In this document: positions 27,169-35,437 of the stretch, one piece after another
How positions within the stretch are numbered: position 1 is the stretch's first letter
How the letters are laid out: each line of letters opens with the position of its first letter
IMG/VR virus record: IMGVR_UViG_3300025769_000167
Coordinates: 1-52,621 of that record
From: a virus
Lineage: Duplodnaviria; Caudoviricetes
Length of the DNA stretch: 52,621 nucleotides
Strand: one strand, 5' to 3'
Translations under genes and position numbers: made by a program
Notes under the pieces: model-generated
What the model was told of the DNA's origin: nothing
Database searches by the model: none
What the model saw: the letters and a program-made list of their open reading frames with translations, nothing else

Positions 27169-29085
27169 TTAACTCCAAGGTGTCTCGTTCCATTGTACAC
27201 TATTATAGCCATCAAAACTAGGAGTGTATTCTATTCCTATATCAGAATATACTAATTTTGTTAATGCTCTAATAACTTTCATAGGAAACCAACTTGCCAT
27301 AACAACGTCTGATTTGTAGCCTTTACCACCCTTACCCTTAGATGCAAAGTAAACTAATTGTTTTGTATACGTTATAGATTTACTTTGTGCATCTGCGTCA
27401 TAAAAAGGTAGTACTATCATCTGCTCATTAAACATAGGTGCTAAAGCAGTTACTCCAAATTTTTCATCCCATTTGTTTTTATGTGTCTCGTGTCCCTCTA
27501 GTTTAATACCTTGGACATTACAGTATTCTTTTATTCTCTGGTCTTGTCTTATAGCTTTTTGAAAACCATTCTCTTCTATAACCCAGTGGTAACAACCATA
27601 TTTGTCGTGCCACATTTTGATTAGGGCAAAAGCTTCATCTAAACCACCACCCTGATGATTTTCTAAGTCAACTAATGTTAATTTAATTTGGGAAGCATTT
27701 GTCTCTACCGCCCATAAGAAACCTGCTTGATATCCTGTAGCGGCAGGGTCAAGTCCTGCTACTAGATATGCACCTTTAGGAATATGACCTAAACCAATAT
27801 TAGGGTCATAACATTTCTCTATTTGTTCAGGATTAAATAATCTAAGACTGTCACTGTAAGCTTTATTAAGATAAACCATTTCAAAATTCTTTAAACCACC
27901 TGTAGTCATAGCATCACGTTTTCTGTTTATTAACCACTTAAAAGTTCTCTTACCTGACCACAACATACAATCAACATGGTCTTCTTCTTCAAACTCAGGT
28001 ATAACACAAAGGCTATCGTGTGCTTCTTCTACTATAGTTTCCCATGCTTCTGACTCTAAAATTGCAGAGTACAAATCTTCAGGATGCTGACGTGAACCAA
28101 TAAGTACCATAGCTGTGTGTTCTTCTTTTCTTGAACCTAATGTAGTTGTCCACCAGTTTTTTGTATTTTCTCTTGATGCTGGTTGCATAGTAGAGCTGTG
28201 GTCTTCAATGTCATCAGCAATAATTAAGTCACAGTCACGTGAAAGTATCTTACCACCACGACCTATACCTATCATTGTTGGTGATTTAATACCAGCTACT
28301 GTTCGTGTTGATACAGTAAATCCACTACGTGACCACATTTTACCTGCTCTTGTTGCTGGTTTAAATGTTCCTCCTGGACCACAAAAATCTTCTTTAAGTT
28401 TTTCATTTTGCTCTAGTGTATCCATAACTGACATAACAGAGTTCATAGCAATATCTTCGTTACCACCGACCCACATAATACGTATGTTAGGGTTTCTCAT
28501 AATAAGCCAGATAACAAAATGTATTAACAATTCAGTTTTACCATGACGTGGTGGTGACAGTATCATTTGCTGTCCACCAGTTAGTAAAGCTTTGTTAATA
28601 GATTTTATCCAGTTAACGTGAAAGTCTGCAGTTTCAAAAGGTATACCCATTTCAGTTAAAAAGTATCTGTCTCTAAATTCTGCAAAATCTTTTAAAGATT
28701 GTTCTGCATCTTCTGATATCTCCCAGCTTTCAGCTTGCCTATCTTTAGCGTAATCTTCTTGGAATGCACCTAGTAGCCTACTGATATGTGAAGACGTACA
28801 TTTTAATTCGTCTGCTATTTCTTGTCTAGTTAATCTGCCTTGTATTAAATCTAAAGCATATCCTTCATTTACAAACTTATCATATAAAGCACCACGTCTA
28901 ACTTGTGTAACTGTGCCTTTGTTAGATTCTTTTATTTCAGGTTCGTACTCTCTACCTTGTTCTTTATAACGTTGTTTTCTTTTTTGCTCACGCCACTTAC
29001 AAGTATCAGAACAATACTTACGTGCTTTTTGAGGTAACGTATTTTCACATTCTGGTGAAATACATATTATATTTTTAGTTACCAT
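27169..29085 (-). CDS. terL: Terminase large subunit with N-terminal Zn-finger/HTH extension
   Basis: Walker A PPRHGKTE, Walker B LIIADDIED, IGSRQHPEDLY coupling motif, RNase H GLDPA..EENGFQ..DVVMA. Confidence 0.9.
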   Translation of the reverse strand: MVTKNIICISPECENTLPQKARKYCSDTCKWREQKRKQRYKEQGREYEPEIKESNKGTVTQVRRGALYDKFVNEGYALDLIQGRLTRQEIADELKCTSSHISRLLGAFQEDYAKDRQAESWEISEDAEQSLKDFAEFRDRYFLTEMGIPFETADFHVNWIKSINKALLTGGQQMILSPPRHGKTELLIHFVIWLIMRNPNIRIMWVGGNEDIAMNSVMSVMDTLEQNEKLKEDFCGPGGTFKPATRAGKMWSRSGFTVSTRTVAGIKSPTMIGIGRGGKILSRDCDLIIADDIEDHSSTMQPASRENTKNWWTTTLGSRKEEHTAMVLIGSRQHPEDLYSAILESEAWETIVEEAHDSLCVIPEFEEEDHVDCMLWSGKRTFKWLINRKRDAMTTGGLKNFEMVYLNKAYSDSLRLFNPEQIEKCYDPNIGLGHIPKGAYLVAGLDPAATGYQAGFLWAVETNASQIKLTLVDLENHQGGGLDEAFALIKMWHDKYGCYHWVIEENGFQKAIRQDQRIKEYCNVQGIKLEGHETHKNKWDEKFGVTALAPMFNEQMIVLPFYDADAQSKSITYTKQLVYFASKGKGGKGYKSDVVMASWFPMKVIRALTKLVYSDIGIEYTPSFDGYNSVQWNETPWS

Positions 29086-29351
29086 TTAGTTTTTGCTGCC
29101 CAATATGCAGCCGACATTTTACCCTTCTTGATGTTCTTAGCATGCCTAGCTCTAAATGCTTTATTTCTTTTTGTTCCTTTAGGACTACCCTTAACTCCTT
29201 TTTGTCCAAATCTAATTAACTTAACTGTGCTACCTGATTTAGCTAACACTGCATGTGATTTAGAACCATGTTTAGGAGTAGCTTTAGGTTTGTTATAACC
29301 TGAAAATTTTTCACCTCTATACTCAATTGCCATTTTGTGCCTGTTCGACAT
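29079..29351 (-). CDS. Small very basic phage protein
   Basis: 90 aa Lys/Arg-rich; KLIRFGQKG..FRARH..KMSAAYWA..KW motif common in marine phages. Confidence 0.7.
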   Translation of the reverse strand: MSNRHKMAIEYRGEKFSGYNKPKATPKHGSKSHAVLAKSGSTVKLIRFGQKGVKGSPKGTKRNKAFRARHAKNIKKGKMSAAYWAAKTKW

Positions 29352-29520
29352 TAATATTATAATCGTCTACAAACTGCTCTACTAACTTATCTATAAGAGG
29401 TGCGTTATGTGGCTTCTGTACAATTATACTTCCACATGCATCTGATAATGACAAAGACCATTTCTTTAAAGATTGTGGACTATGAAATATATTTTGCTTT
29501 ACTTTTGTTTTCTTTCCCAC
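29323..29520 (-). CDS. Hypothetical protein
   Basis: 65 aa; GTG start overlaps the upstream TAG. Confidence 0.5.
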   Translation of the reverse strand: MGKKTKVKQNIFHSPQSLKKWSLSLSDACGSIIVQKPHNAPLIDKLVEQFVDDYNINVEQAQNGN

Positions 29521-29582
29521 TATTTTTTAGGTTTTCTGCCAGTACCGTATCTTTTTTTCTTACCTTTTTTTCCTATTGGCAC
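29520..29582 (-). CDS. 20-aa Lys-rich peptide (MPIGKKGKKKRYGTGRKPKK)
   Basis: GAGGAG SD, GTG start, TAGTG coupling to next gene. Confidence 0.55.
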   Translation of the reverse strand: MPIGKKGKKKRYGTGRKPKK

Positions 29583-29583
29583 A

Positions 29584-29697
29584 TTATCTCCTCTTTTTAA
29601 TATTGTATTTTATACATCCTAGATTAACACATTTTTTATAATTTGGTGTTATCTCATAATCTTTATAACAAGATGTACACAACAATTTGTTTTTCAT
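29584..29697 (-). CDS. 37-aa zinc-finger microprotein
   Basis: MKNKLLCTSCYKDYEITPNYKKCVNLGCIKYNIKKRR; CxxC-x12-CxNxxC; fills the operon gap. Confidence 0.6.
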   Translation of the reverse strand: MKNKLLCTSCYKDYEITPNYKKCVNLGCIKYNIKKRR

Positions 29698-29704
29698 TAT
29701 TTTA

Positions 29705-30241
29705 TTATAGTAGATTAGCCTCCACTTCCTCTAGCAAGTGATAAGAAACGTTTAGCGTCTTTACGAGCCCAGTCGCGACCAGGTCCTCAATAGGTACGAT
29801 AAGGTTGCGTGAAAAAAAATTTTTATTCTCAGCTTCTATTATTTTGTACTTACCTTCCATTATCCAGTCTACAATGTAGGGTATCATCGCTTCAGGTTGC
29901 CAGTAAAGAAGTTCGCTGGTCGGATAAATCCAGTAGAACATAAAGTCAGCAAATGTTTTAAATTGACACCCTATCTGTTTGCTGCCGTTGTCCTGTACTA
30001 TCTGTATCTCTAGAGCTACGTTACCTGTGTCTTTAGCTTGTGTATCTGTTTTAACTTCAACATAGCGTACACCTAGTTCGTTGCTAATTACCATAAGGTC
30101 TGCACCTTTGAGCTGTTCGTCAGGTCTGGCGTCCTTTACAATGAATTTTCTTTTACCATCATCTTGTTGTGTGTCATAAAATAACTTAACTAATTGTTCA
30201 CCTTTTTTGCCTACCTGTAACTGTTCTTTAAAATCAAACAT
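29705..30241 (-). CDS. PD-(D/E)xK-family nuclease-like protein
   Basis: GKKGE, KGADL, VEVKTD and TGNVALE motifs; AAGGA SD; TATAAT upstream. Confidence 0.65.
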   Translation of the reverse strand: MFDFKEQLQVGKKGEQLVKLFYDTQQDDGKRKFIVKDARPDEQLKGADLMVISNELGVRYVEVKTDTQAKDTGNVALEIQIVQDNGSKQIGCQFKTFADFMFYWIYPTSELLYWQPEAMIPYIVDWIMEGKYKIIEAENKNFFSRNLIVPIEDLVATGLVKTLNVSYHLLEEVEANLL

Positions 30242-30295
30242 ATTTTTCCTTCTTTAACTTGATTATAATTTTACTATAGCTAAGGTTATAAACAT

Positions 30296-30500
30296 AGGCA
30301 TTACAATTTAGTAGCTTTCAGACATAAGTTGTAAGATTATAGGCAATTCTCAAGCCGATTAGCTACACGGTGTTAACTAGCGTTAAAGGCTATTACTTCA
30401 CATATTTATAAATAGTCAAGTCAAACAAATCATTCACTAAACTTATTTACTGCGTTGGGAGGGAGTGACACAGGGTTCGTTGCGTCTACAACGCACCTCA
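30296..30500 (+). ncRNA. Candidate structured non-coding RNA
   Basis: Stems TTACAATTTA/TAAGTTGTAA (G-U on + strand), GGC/GCC, TTAAC/GTTAA, TGCGTTG/CAACGCA; no credible ORF. Confidence 0.35.
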
Positions 30501-30896
30501 AGCGTACTATAAAAAAACATTCTTTTTTCTTACCTTTACTAGCAGTAGTGTGTTAATATAGGACAATAGGAACGGTGGTGTAGGTTACCAATCTATACCT
30601 TCTTGATTGTTCTACAATGCCTGTAATCAATCTATACCACAGTTCTTTTTCCAAACAATTACCAGCAATTTTTTCTCTACTTACGTAATGATATATAGGG
30701 GGTGTCAGGTTAAATCCCCCCTCTCAACACACATGCATAACGCTACGTACGGTGCAAGTGTTAACTATGTACTATATACTACTTCTCTCCTCTTTACACT
30801 ACATATAGTAGGTTCTTTGCTAATATGTCCTATCTTTCCTCTATAACCATACCTTCTGTTAAACACCATAGATAATTGTATTACTAACTCCTCTAC

Positions 30897-31018
30897 GTAC
30901 TACAGAAACAATAACATAGAAACAAACACACAAAATCAATACACTAACAGCCACAACCCAACCACCACCGCTATTAGTATGTTTTGTGTGTTTCTTTATT
31001 GTTATTCTTTATTAGTAC
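30897..31018. repeat. Long imperfect inverted repeat (hairpin 1) with C/A-rich loop
   Basis: GTACTA/TAGTAC, AACAATAA/TTATTGTT, AAACACACAAAA/TTTTGTGTGTTT, CTAACAGC/GCTATTAG. Confidence 0.8.
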
Positions 31019-31028
31019 TGTGTGATTA

Positions 31029-31185
31029 TATATATAGTACTCCAGACGCTTCATAACAGATTAGTAAAGTCAAATTCCTAAAGTAATACTATAAAATAAT
31101 ATACACTCACACACACTCAATAAGTATTACTAATAGGCGGTTTGACTTGACTTAACATGTTAATTGCGTAAGAGTACTATATATA
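31029..31185. repeat. Long imperfect inverted repeat (hairpin 2) with C/A-rich loop
   Basis: Perfect 14-bp TATATATAGTACTC/GAGTACTATATATA; ACGC/GCGT; AAGTCAAA/TTTGACTT; AGTAATACT/AGTATTACT. Confidence 0.85.
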
Positions 31186-31225
31186 ATAAATAGTTATATA
31201 AATAATAATAGAAAGTAGGTGTAAA

Positions 31226-31675
31226 TTGGTACAAGCACTAAAACAGTTATTCTATCTTAAAGATGAGGATATAATACAAAACATATACAAATCATCTAAA
31301 AAATGGCTACCCAATAATATGGTATTAGTCAAATTACGTGGTACTCCTTCGTTCAAATTCTCCCCAGAAGGATTAGGTAAAACTAGGTACATGATAGCTA
31401 GTGTCAAATCTAATGGAGAATTTAAGAATTTAGGGATATTAAAACAATATGAAGCAGTCGTTCAGCTTCAAGAATTGTGTAAACAGTATCCCAAAATTCT
31501 AAATCGTAAGGCGTTCAAGCCTACTAAAAGTGGAACTATGAGTGAAACTTTTCTTAAGGAAATAGGAACTAATGCGATAGCAGAACGTTTCCCTAAAGAA
31601 GTGCCTACTCTACAGGAGGCTAAAGCTTATATGAATGCTGGGTTTAAAGGTAAACCTCAGGACTACATTTCATAA
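31226..31675 (+). CDS. Hypothetical basic protein, stand-alone early gene
   Basis: 149 aa, TTG start after AGTAGGTG SD, has its own terminator. Confidence 0.65.
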   Translation: MVQALKQLFYLKDEDIIQNIYKSSKKWLPNNMVLVKLRGTPSFKFSPEGLGKTRYMIASVKSNGEFKNLGILKQYEAVVQLQELCKQYPKILNRKAFKPTKSGTMSETFLKEIGTNAIAERFPKEVPTLQEAKAYMNAGFKGKPQDYIS

Positions 31676-31682
31676 TTGCCCT

Positions 31683-31724
31683 AGTTATTCTCCCCTTTCA
31701 TTAGGGGAGTTTAACTTTTTTTTT
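31683..31724 (+). terminator. Rho-independent terminator
   Basis: CTCCCCT-ttcatt-AGGGGAG stem followed by a T9 tract. Confidence 0.8.
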
Positions 31725-31804
31725 ATCTTAGTATCCAAGTCGTGTAGTCTTACACACCATAATCAGTTCCTATATCAACACAACATCATCATATATAATT
31801 ATTA

Positions 31805-31963
31805 ATATGCATATGCATATGTATATATACATACATTAATCTACTCTATACTATCTCTCTCTCTATACTACTACTACATATAGTGGTAGTAATAATATAA
31901 TCTACGTGCACGTAGTAAAATAAATATTATTTTTTTTTCCAGATATATATTTAAATATATATC
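31805..31963. repeat. Cluster of perfect palindromes in AT-rich DNA
   Basis: ATATGCATATGCATAT (31805-31820), TATGTATATATACATA (31818-31833), CTACGTGCACGTAG (31902-31915), GATATATATTTAAATATATATC (31942-31963). Confidence 0.8.
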
Positions 31964-32113
31964 ATACGCAGGTCAAGGGAGTCAATGCATAGGGGTTGTC
32001 AAATTTCTCTGGTCTATAAGACCCTATGTCGCCTAGGGCAAAATGTTAGATTTTGTTCAAGTCAATTCAAGATTTTATTTTGACACGACTATATAGAATA
32101 TGAAAGGTGCGTA

Positions 32114-32596
32114 ATGAAACATAATAAAAAACCTTCTGTACCTAAGTTCAAGAGAACTTATGATGCAGTAGAGAAAGCTGTAATACATACAGAGATACCT
32201 GACCTTAATGGTATCAAAGAATATAAATACCCTGTACCTAATGCTATGCCTAAGACTTCAGTATGCAAGTACTGTAGCAAGAACTTAGTTCGTGGCTATA
32301 TATGCAGGGATTGTAGGGAGTTAGAAAACCCTACCATACCAGTCAAAGATACCTCAGGTATCAAGGAAGGTCTGGTATTATTAGCAGAAATTCGTGCTAA
32401 TGAGAGCATGCAACGGCAGGAGGATATGGAGGAGAACGCTACTATATCTATACCTAAGAAAGAAATCACTTATGATACCTGTGGTTTTTGTGGTATGAGT
32501 ATTGGCTTACAAGATAAGCTATATACTATGCTCGTTACTGTTAAGAAAAGAAAACACAAGAAAAGAATTGCAGTATGTTATGACTGTAAGTTCTAA
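32114..32596 (+). CDS. Protein with two zinc-ribbon motifs
   Basis: CKYC..CRDC and CGFC..CYDC; GAAAGGTG SD. Confidence 0.7.
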   Translation: MKHNKKPSVPKFKRTYDAVEKAVIHTEIPDLNGIKEYKYPVPNAMPKTSVCKYCSKNLVRGYICRDCRELENPTIPVKDTSGIKEGLVLLAEIRANESMQRQEDMEENATISIPKKEITYDTCGFCGMSIGLQDKLYTMLVTVKKRKHKKRIAVCYDCKF

Positions 32597-32597
32597 A

Positions 32598-32808
32598 TAG
32601 CTACCATAACAACTTATCCCTACCTGTTCGTTACCCTTTCGTTGCAGGTAGGGGGTAGCTTGTAGTACATGGTTCATAGTCTGTGTACTACGAGCTATCT
32701 GGGGAGATAGTAAGTATCAAACAATACGATACTTGTACGTATGGTGAAGCCCTAGTCCGTAGGAATTATGACGTCCCTGTTTGTAATGACCGAAGGCTAG
32801 GGTTCACC
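32598..32808 (+). ncRNA. Intergenic multi-hairpin element (candidate structured RNA)
   Basis: CCCTACCTG/CAGGTAGGG, TAGCTTGTAGTACAT/GTGTACTACGAGCTA, CTATCT/AGATAG, AAGTATC/GATACTT, GGTGAAGCCCTAGTC/GGCTAGGGTTCACC. Confidence 0.5.
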
Positions 32809-32827
32809 TATTTATGGAAGGAATAAT

Positions 32828-32983
32828 ATGGAATGCGATAATTGTAGACAAGATAACTACATTGAGTTAGCAATACATAGCAACGTTAAGAGTAGTGTAC
32901 ACGTAATAGTGCAGTGCTTTACATGTGGTTATCAAACTATCAAGAAACAAAATAGTAAAAGGAGGTTAGATAGTGTCCAGTAA
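32828..32983 (+). CDS. 51-aa zinc-ribbon protein
   Basis: MECDNC...VQCFTCGY; GGAAGGA SD; not in ORF track. Confidence 0.7.
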   Translation: MECDNCRQDNYIELAIHSNVKSSVHVIVQCFTCGYQTIKKQNSKRRLDSVQ

Positions 32984-33197
32984 AGATGACATCTACGTGT
33001 ATGTAGATGAGAACATGAAGAAAGATGAGAACATACTGACTGTTGATTTCTTATTTGAAAGTGATGTAACAGTAGAAGATGCAGTAGCAGAGGTTGATAA
33101 CATTGTATCTTTAGCAGATAACAATGATGAGTTTGTACTACGAGCTCATAGACCAACTATCTATACTGTGTCACCATTCGTAGAGAAGGAGGAATAG
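32973..33197 (+). CDS. Acidic hypothetical protein
   Basis: 74 aa; AGGAGG SD; coupled to next gene. Confidence 0.7.
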   Translation: MSSKDDIYVYVDENMKKDENILTVDFLFESDVTVEDAVAEVDNIVSLADNNDEFVLRAHRPTIYTVSPFVEKEE

Positions 33198-33568
33198 TGG
33201 AAGCTATTAAAGAACAAGAGTACGTAGAGCCTAATCATTGGACATGGGTAGGCGATGCAATAAAGCACAGACAAATCCTAAAGATACAGAACGACCCTTC
33301 TTGGATAGAGGAGAGTGAAGCTAATGGTTGGGTAGTGATTGACAATAGTACAACAGTACCTGATGACCTTTGGATATGTGATATGTGTAACAACTCACTT
33401 GATACTCTACTACCTATAGCAATATGGTGTGGTAGCAGAGCAATGTGTGATGAGTGTAAGACGGAAATAGAAAAAGATTACAGTACTAAATACGACACGT
33501 ATGAGTATTGTAGCTGTGGTTGTTCAGAAGGAATAACCCTTAGTAAAGAACAGGAGGATAATAAGTAA
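33197..33568 (+). CDS. Cys-rich (zinc-binding) hypothetical protein
   Basis: CDMC, CDEC and CSCGC motifs; GGAGG SD. Confidence 0.7.
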   Translation: MEAIKEQEYVEPNHWTWVGDAIKHRQILKIQNDPSWIEESEANGWVVIDNSTTVPDDLWICDMCNNSLDTLLPIAIWCGSRAMCDECKTEIEKDYSTKYDTYEYCSCGCSEGITLSKEQEDNK

Positions 33569-34287
33569 TGGGAGACTTTGGCGATTTTATGAAAGACAAC
33601 CCAGAAGAGTACGAACAATTTGCTCGTATTATGGACGCAAAGATGAAGAAGGCAGAGGAGTGGGGACTAGAAAGTATATCTAAAGGACTAGCTATGACAG
33701 AGTTAGACCTATTCGGTGTAGGTATATTCTATGACCCTGACAAAGATGAGGATGGTAATGCTGTAGGTAATAGTGACAACAGACGTTTTCATGTAGGCGC
33801 ACAAGATACTATCGGTGCCATGAAATTCATAGAGGATTACATATGGCAGAGACGTATGAAAGACTTTGCGTTTGGTGTTACTGCTTTCATGCAACAGGTT
33901 ATTAAGGACGTTCGTGATAAACGTACACCAGCTGATAATGAAATACTAGGACATGTCGTTCATCTTATGGAGGACGAAGGTATTGATAGTGCAGACACGT
34001 ACGAAGTGTGTCTATTTATTATGCAGATTGTAATGAGCATGATGTCAGATAGTAAAACCTTTGCTATGATGTACAAACAAGTTGTAGAACATGAGGAACC
34101 ACAGATGATAGCCCTTGGTTATCCACAGTCTATAGCCTCTATCATAGAAGGCTACAAAGATGCAGACCTTACTGATATGAGACACCCAAGTAACATGGAC
34201 ATGTCTCTTACAGATGAGGATATAAAGAACTTCTTAAAAGAAGTAATGCCTGACAAGAAAGACAACAAGAAAAACGAGGAGGAATAG
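33568..34287 (+). CDS. Hypothetical acidic protein
   Basis: 239 aa; AGGAGG SD; TAATG coupling. Confidence 0.7.
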   Translation: MGDFGDFMKDNPEEYEQFARIMDAKMKKAEEWGLESISKGLAMTELDLFGVGIFYDPDKDEDGNAVGNSDNRRFHVGAQDTIGAMKFIEDYIWQRRMKDFAFGVTAFMQQVIKDVRDKRTPADNEILGHVVHLMEDEGIDSADTYEVCLFIMQIVMSMMSDSKTFAMMYKQVVEHEEPQMIALGYPQSIASIIEGYKDADLTDMRHPSNMDMSLTDEDIKNFLKEVMPDKKDNKKNEEE

Positions 34288-34739
34288 TGGAAGCACTTAA
34301 AAGCTACGTAGCTATTACGAAAACAATATTGAATTATCTTAATTCATTAGCGATTTCTAATGGTTACAACAGGTCACTCATGGAGTGGCTATTTAATACT
34401 GAAGGTACAGAGGAGATGAAAGCTATTGACGGAAGGTTTCCAATCTTTCTAAAAATGGCTATGCCTCATTACCATATAGAAGGAGTAGTTGCACCCATGC
34501 ACTACAGAACTGTATGGGAATGTGTACTCATAGGAGATGATGATACAGTTAACGAGAGTGCAACTGTTATCGTAGACATACCAGCAGAAGCTTACGAGTT
34601 ACTGCCTGATGTACCTGAGGTACAAAATATTACTGATGATGTCATGTCAGTATGGGAGAATATAAAACAGGAAGAGATGACAGAGAACTTCATTAAGGAA
34701 GTGGAGGAACTGTTGTCTAAAGAAAGCGAGGAAGAATGA
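34287..34739 (+). CDS. Hypothetical acidic protein
   Basis: 150 aa; GGAGG SD; TAGTG coupling. Confidence 0.7.
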   Translation: MEALKSYVAITKTILNYLNSLAISNGYNRSLMEWLFNTEGTEEMKAIDGRFPIFLKMAMPHYHIEGVVAPMHYRTVWECVLIGDDDTVNESATVIVDIPAEAYELLPDVPEVQNITDDVMSVWENIKQEEMTENFIKEVEELLSKESEEE

Positions 34740-35437
34740 CAAACGAAAATACAGTATGGTCTTTACTAGAAAAGGTCATACCACATACACCAAGACTATT
34801 GCTCTATGGTATACCTGGTACAGGTAAGTCATATCAAGCAAGTAATCTTAGTGTTAAGAAAGAACAACAAGTATACACTACTACATTGACTCACGATAGT
34901 ACGGCAGCAGAATTGATGGGACACTATGTTCCTACAGATACTGGTAGTTTTGAGTGGATTGATGGCTTAGGTATTAGAGCTTGGCGTGAAGGTGCAAGAT
35001 TAGTTATTAACGAGATAGACCATGCAGGTGCTGACGTAATGACTTTCTTACATGCCTTACTAGATGACCCACAGTTTGCGAAGTTCACACTTCCTAACAA
35101 GGAGAAGGAAACAGTTAGACCAGCTGATGGCTTTCAAGCAATAGCCACTATGAATGGTGTACCTAGTGACCTAGGTGATGCCTTACGTGACAGGTTCCCT
35201 GTAACAATGAAGATTGATACAGTCCACCCTGATGCACTTAATGTACTACCTAAGAACATACGTGCCGTATACAACGACTTTGAACATGATGCGTTCTCTA
35301 TTCGTAGATGGTCAGCGTTTGCTAACCTTATGAGTAGCGGCTTATCTAAAGAGGACAGCGTTCGTGCTGTGTTTCCTAACGAAAGTTCAATGATATTGGA
35401 AGCACTAGCATTACAAGAACATAATGATACGCAATGA
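34736..35437 (+). CDS. MoxR/CobS-like AAA+ ATPase
   Basis: Walker A GIPGTGKS, ELMG..FEWIDG, Walker B LVINEID, IATMN, ALRDRF. Confidence 0.85.
   Translation: MTNENTVWSLLEKVIPHTPRLLLYGIPGTGKSYQASNLSVKKEQQVYTTTLTHDSTAAELMGHYVPTDTGSFEWIDGLGIRAWREGARLVINEIDHAGADVMTFLHALLDDPQFAKFTLPNKEKETVRPADGFQAIATMNGVPSDLGDALRDRFPVTMKIDTVHPDALNVLPKNIRAVYNDFEHDAFSIRRWSAFANLMSSGLSKEDSVRAVFPNESSMILEALALQEHNDTQ

Noticed and set aside
1815-28546. Many short + strand ORFs within the structural operon (also at 43230-49782), and - strand ORFs at 32932-39413
   Set aside because: All are antisense to long, coupled genes with recognisable motifs; this is the usual shadow-frame effect.
30451-30500. tRNA (GGTTCG resembles a T-loop)
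   Set aside because: No cloverleaf, D-arm or acceptor stem/CCA can be built.
30607-30846. 79-aa + strand ORF in control region
   Set aside because: TTG start without SD, atypical composition, and overlap with the G/C inverted repeat.
30897-31185. Retron msr/msd, DGR or CRISPR array explanation for the hairpins and repeats
   Set aside because: No reverse transcriptase or cas gene in the genome unit, no TR/VR pair with A-specific mismatches, and no regularly spaced repeats.
33134-33146. TGTACTACGAGCT repeated from hairpin arm at 32684-32696
   Set aside because: A single 13-nt match inside a coding region; it could pair with the hairpin's left arm, but there is no further support.
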